NCBI GenBank assembly: GCA_965153455.1
Contig: OZ234494.1
Coordinates: forward strand, 1,178,001 to 1,242,000
Direction: 5' to 3'
From: Sphagnum compactum
Taxonomy: Eukaryota
Length of the DNA: 64,000 nucleotides
Below the pieces are notes generated by a model. The model worked only from the letters and a program-made list of their open reading frames with translations, searched no databases and was not told the origin of the DNA. A program made the translations under genes and the position numbers. Shown in pieces: positions 61,092 through 64,000 of this stretch (position 1 is the first letter of the stretch; every line of letters begins with the position of its first letter).

Positions 61092-64000
61092 AGCATTGAT
61101 GAAAGTAGTGGCCTGGTAGAAAATAAGATGAAGAGTGTGCTCTTGTAGGATAATTACAGGGTAGGTAGACTTTTTTGTTTATTAAAATATGTTTCTAGGG
61201 ACTTCCTTCAACTGGTTGTTTGTAGATATTTGGTGTCAGGGTTAAGAATCCTCCAGAGAAATCAGACAGGCAATAGAGTGCCTGTACATCATCATCAATT
61301 ATTTATCCCTAATACATCCAGAAGGACAAGCTGCTGTAGATGTCATATTTGACATTGTGAGTCCAATATCCTCCATTACTGTTCAATCATGTTTAAATGT
61401 GCAGTACTTGTGTACATGCCCACCATGAATTCATATTTAGCAGCAGTTCTTGTACTGTGATTTCTGTAAAGTTTTATCGCCCAAGCTCCTTCAATCACAC
61501 CATGCTTAGTAATGATCCCAAACTGTGATGGGCAGATTGCTGCTGTCAGAATGGTTTAGGTTTTTGGGCTTTTGTGACATTCTTCATGTTGTACTGACAT
61601 TTGTAAGAAATGTACAACAACACAGCAATATGCTTTTGATGTCAGGCTTGAATTATATCATCTTAGTTAAAGCTGGCCTCTTGGTTATAACATATTTTTC
61701 AATGGCATCAGCAGCTCCACCATCCACAGGCTCAAGGCATTTAACATGTCCTCTGGGTGTGTGGTGGCCAATCGATCCTTACCCAAATTTCTTCCTCAGG
61801 TGTTATGGCCATGGTGTAGGCTTGGGAATCTTTTGTGCTTTGTTTTGGCACTGACCTCGGAACCATGTAAACAGATCCCTGATAGTTAATCAACTACACC
61901 ATTTTCGAGTGCACATGCTTTGTATTAGTCCAGAAAACACATACATTAGTGCACTGAGGAGTTGCAACCACCATCACAAACCACCATCATAAATTTGTTT
62001 TAGGGTGCAAAGTGAGGTTAATTTCTAGAAAACAGTAAGGTTTTGAGAATTGTTGTTAGGCTTCTTCTAGAAAAAGAGTACTTGAGAATTGTTGACCCAT
62101 CGCAGTCTCGGTACTGTTGTGTTTGTGACGAATGGTTGACCCATCACATTTCAAAGCACTGGGATTGTGACTTCCCCCCCAGTCATGACGTCTGGGTCAC
62201 AGCAAGGGCATGAGGAAGAAGAAAAAGGCTCATGGTAAGCAGCTTTATCTGGTAGGTGGAGTAGTAGTAATATTTGAGGGCGGTGCCATTCTAATAATCG
62301 CTGTAAAAACTCAGAACTATTCACATTTTTCTGGTCTAATCCTGGATAATTTCCAATTGACAAGAAGCTAACCAACAATTTCTGATGCATCTGGAGTTTG
62401 CTGCATCATGAATAAATTTGCTAAAATGCTTACCTACCTGGGAACAGAATTGAGATGAAGAAATATTCACAAGAAATTCTGATCAGTTGAAGATGAAGCA
62501 CTCATGGAGACTACAATTGCGCAGCTGGTAATGAAGAAGGATTACTGCCATAATGATTCAATCTAAGGATTTTGATTTCAGGAGGACTGAGATGAAGGAT
62601 TGAGTTCAAAAATTAGTCAAGGATTCAGATGATGATTTCTTGATAAAAAATTGATCGGTGACAGATTTCGTTAGTGGAGTGAAAATCAGAACTCTCAAGA
62701 GATCATACAAACAATGAAGAATATTATGATGGGATTATAGAGTTTAGAGGTCAAGATTCCAGAACTCTGATCATTTTCTGGTCGATGAACCTGATCCCAT
62801 ACAAACGGTGTTTTGTGGTAGGCCGGCACAATCATCATCATCAGCAGCATCATCACATTGGAGCTTGATTCTGATCATGGGCCATGGCTCGGCATAATTT
62901 GGATTCTAGTGGCCGCTACTCCTGTTTTTCTGGTCAGTAATTAATCACAGCAAGAACTCGTGGTTTTTGCACTCAACATGATGGGCGCAGCTGTGGATAA
63001 AGAAACCCAATTATCTGCACAGAGGTTTTGCACAAAAAAGAGGCTTTTCTAATCGCCATGATGATTTCGCTCTTGATCATGATCCATGTGCCGTGAAGTT
63101 ATAGCCATTGAGCAAATCGTGTCTTGAAGGAGCTAATTTGATGGTGATCGAGCTGTGACGCTGATCGAGCTCTCGTGCTTGACAGCCGGTCCCACTTAAG
63201 ATAGATTAGGACTAGGTCACTAGAGACTCTTATCTGCCTGGTAATGTACGCTAGCTGCTGCTGTTAATGCTTCTGCTAGAAATCCACCAATGGAAGTTAC
63301 AAAGCTGATTACATTATGCTTGGAGATCAATGGAGTGACAGAGAATCAAGCTTTTGCAAATCAAGATGATTTCTTCCTCTTCTTCTTCTTCTTCTTCTGA
63401 TCGGTGAGCATTTTGGAACCTTGATTGTAGAGCATTAAGCATGATCTTCTCCAAGCTTCCACAAACATTGCTTGCGAGTCCGGCTAGGATATTAGTAAGT
63501 GGTTTTACAACTTACGAGAGATCAGACTTATTGCAGAGCAATTTACTTTGCGAGCTTAGAATACATCAATTCCATGTGCTAATGATGATTGGAACAACAA
63601 TATTTGTCGTCATCACAGGTCATGACTCATGTGATGAGAACTTTGTGGGATTTGATTCTTTGCTAGACATGCTCCTAGTTAAGTTTGGATTCGGAGAGTC
63701 GCTAGCTGCTAAGGTGGTATGTAGAGCTTCAAGGGCCTGATTCTCTTGTGTTCCAAATGCTGATCAGCTATGAAGCTCAGTGTTATAATCAGCTCGTGCG
63801 ATCAAGAGTTGTCTGTAATTTGAGAGTGTTGGAAGATCATGACATGAGCACAGCATTTCAATCCCAAGTCCTTGCAATGTTTTGACTCTGAATTAAGGGT
63901 TTGTGGTGGATCAAAGCTTGGTCATGTTGCAATCAGTTTCATGTACGTCGAGGTAGTACTTCATGCGCTCAGACGTTGTCGAAAGGCTTCCTGCGTGTAT

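Noticed and set aside
62150..64000. Gene-like composition at the right end
   Set aside because: No long ORF or recognisable motif; may be UTR, intron or terminal exons of a gene outside the window.

Overview
Eukaryotic, AT-rich land-plant nuclear DNA with spliceosomal introns. The repeat content, flagellate-lineage DYRK kinase and gene style suggest a bryophyte, probably a peat moss (Sphagnum-like); this is inference. From left to right: (1) a multiply disabled NDUFAF7/MidA pseudogene (minus, 571-3672); (2) about 19 kb of repeat-rich intergenic DNA with several MITEs (Tourist-like with TTA/TAA TSD, Stowaway-like with TA TSD); (3) an intact 3-exon organic cation/carnitine transporter (OCT4-like, 23397-26155); (4) tRNA-Asp(GUC) at 27131; (5) a two-exon pseudogene fragment of a B4/PB1 Raf-like kinase; (6) a full-length but decayed 9.3-kb Ty3/gypsy LTR retrotransposon (33751-43023, TAAG TSD) with a nested solo LTR, three Gag zinc knuckles and unexplained extra coding segments; (7) a second tRNA-Asp(GUC) at 44434 whose downstream flank is homologous to that of the first, indicating an old local duplication; (8) a class-2 DYRK kinase gene (~49031-56113); (9) a secreted three-saposin-B-domain gene (58283-61091). 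I found no convincing new multi-gene system. The best leads are the retrotransposon architecture, the duplicated tRNA-Asp module and the decay patterns of NDUFAF7 and the DYRK 5' region.
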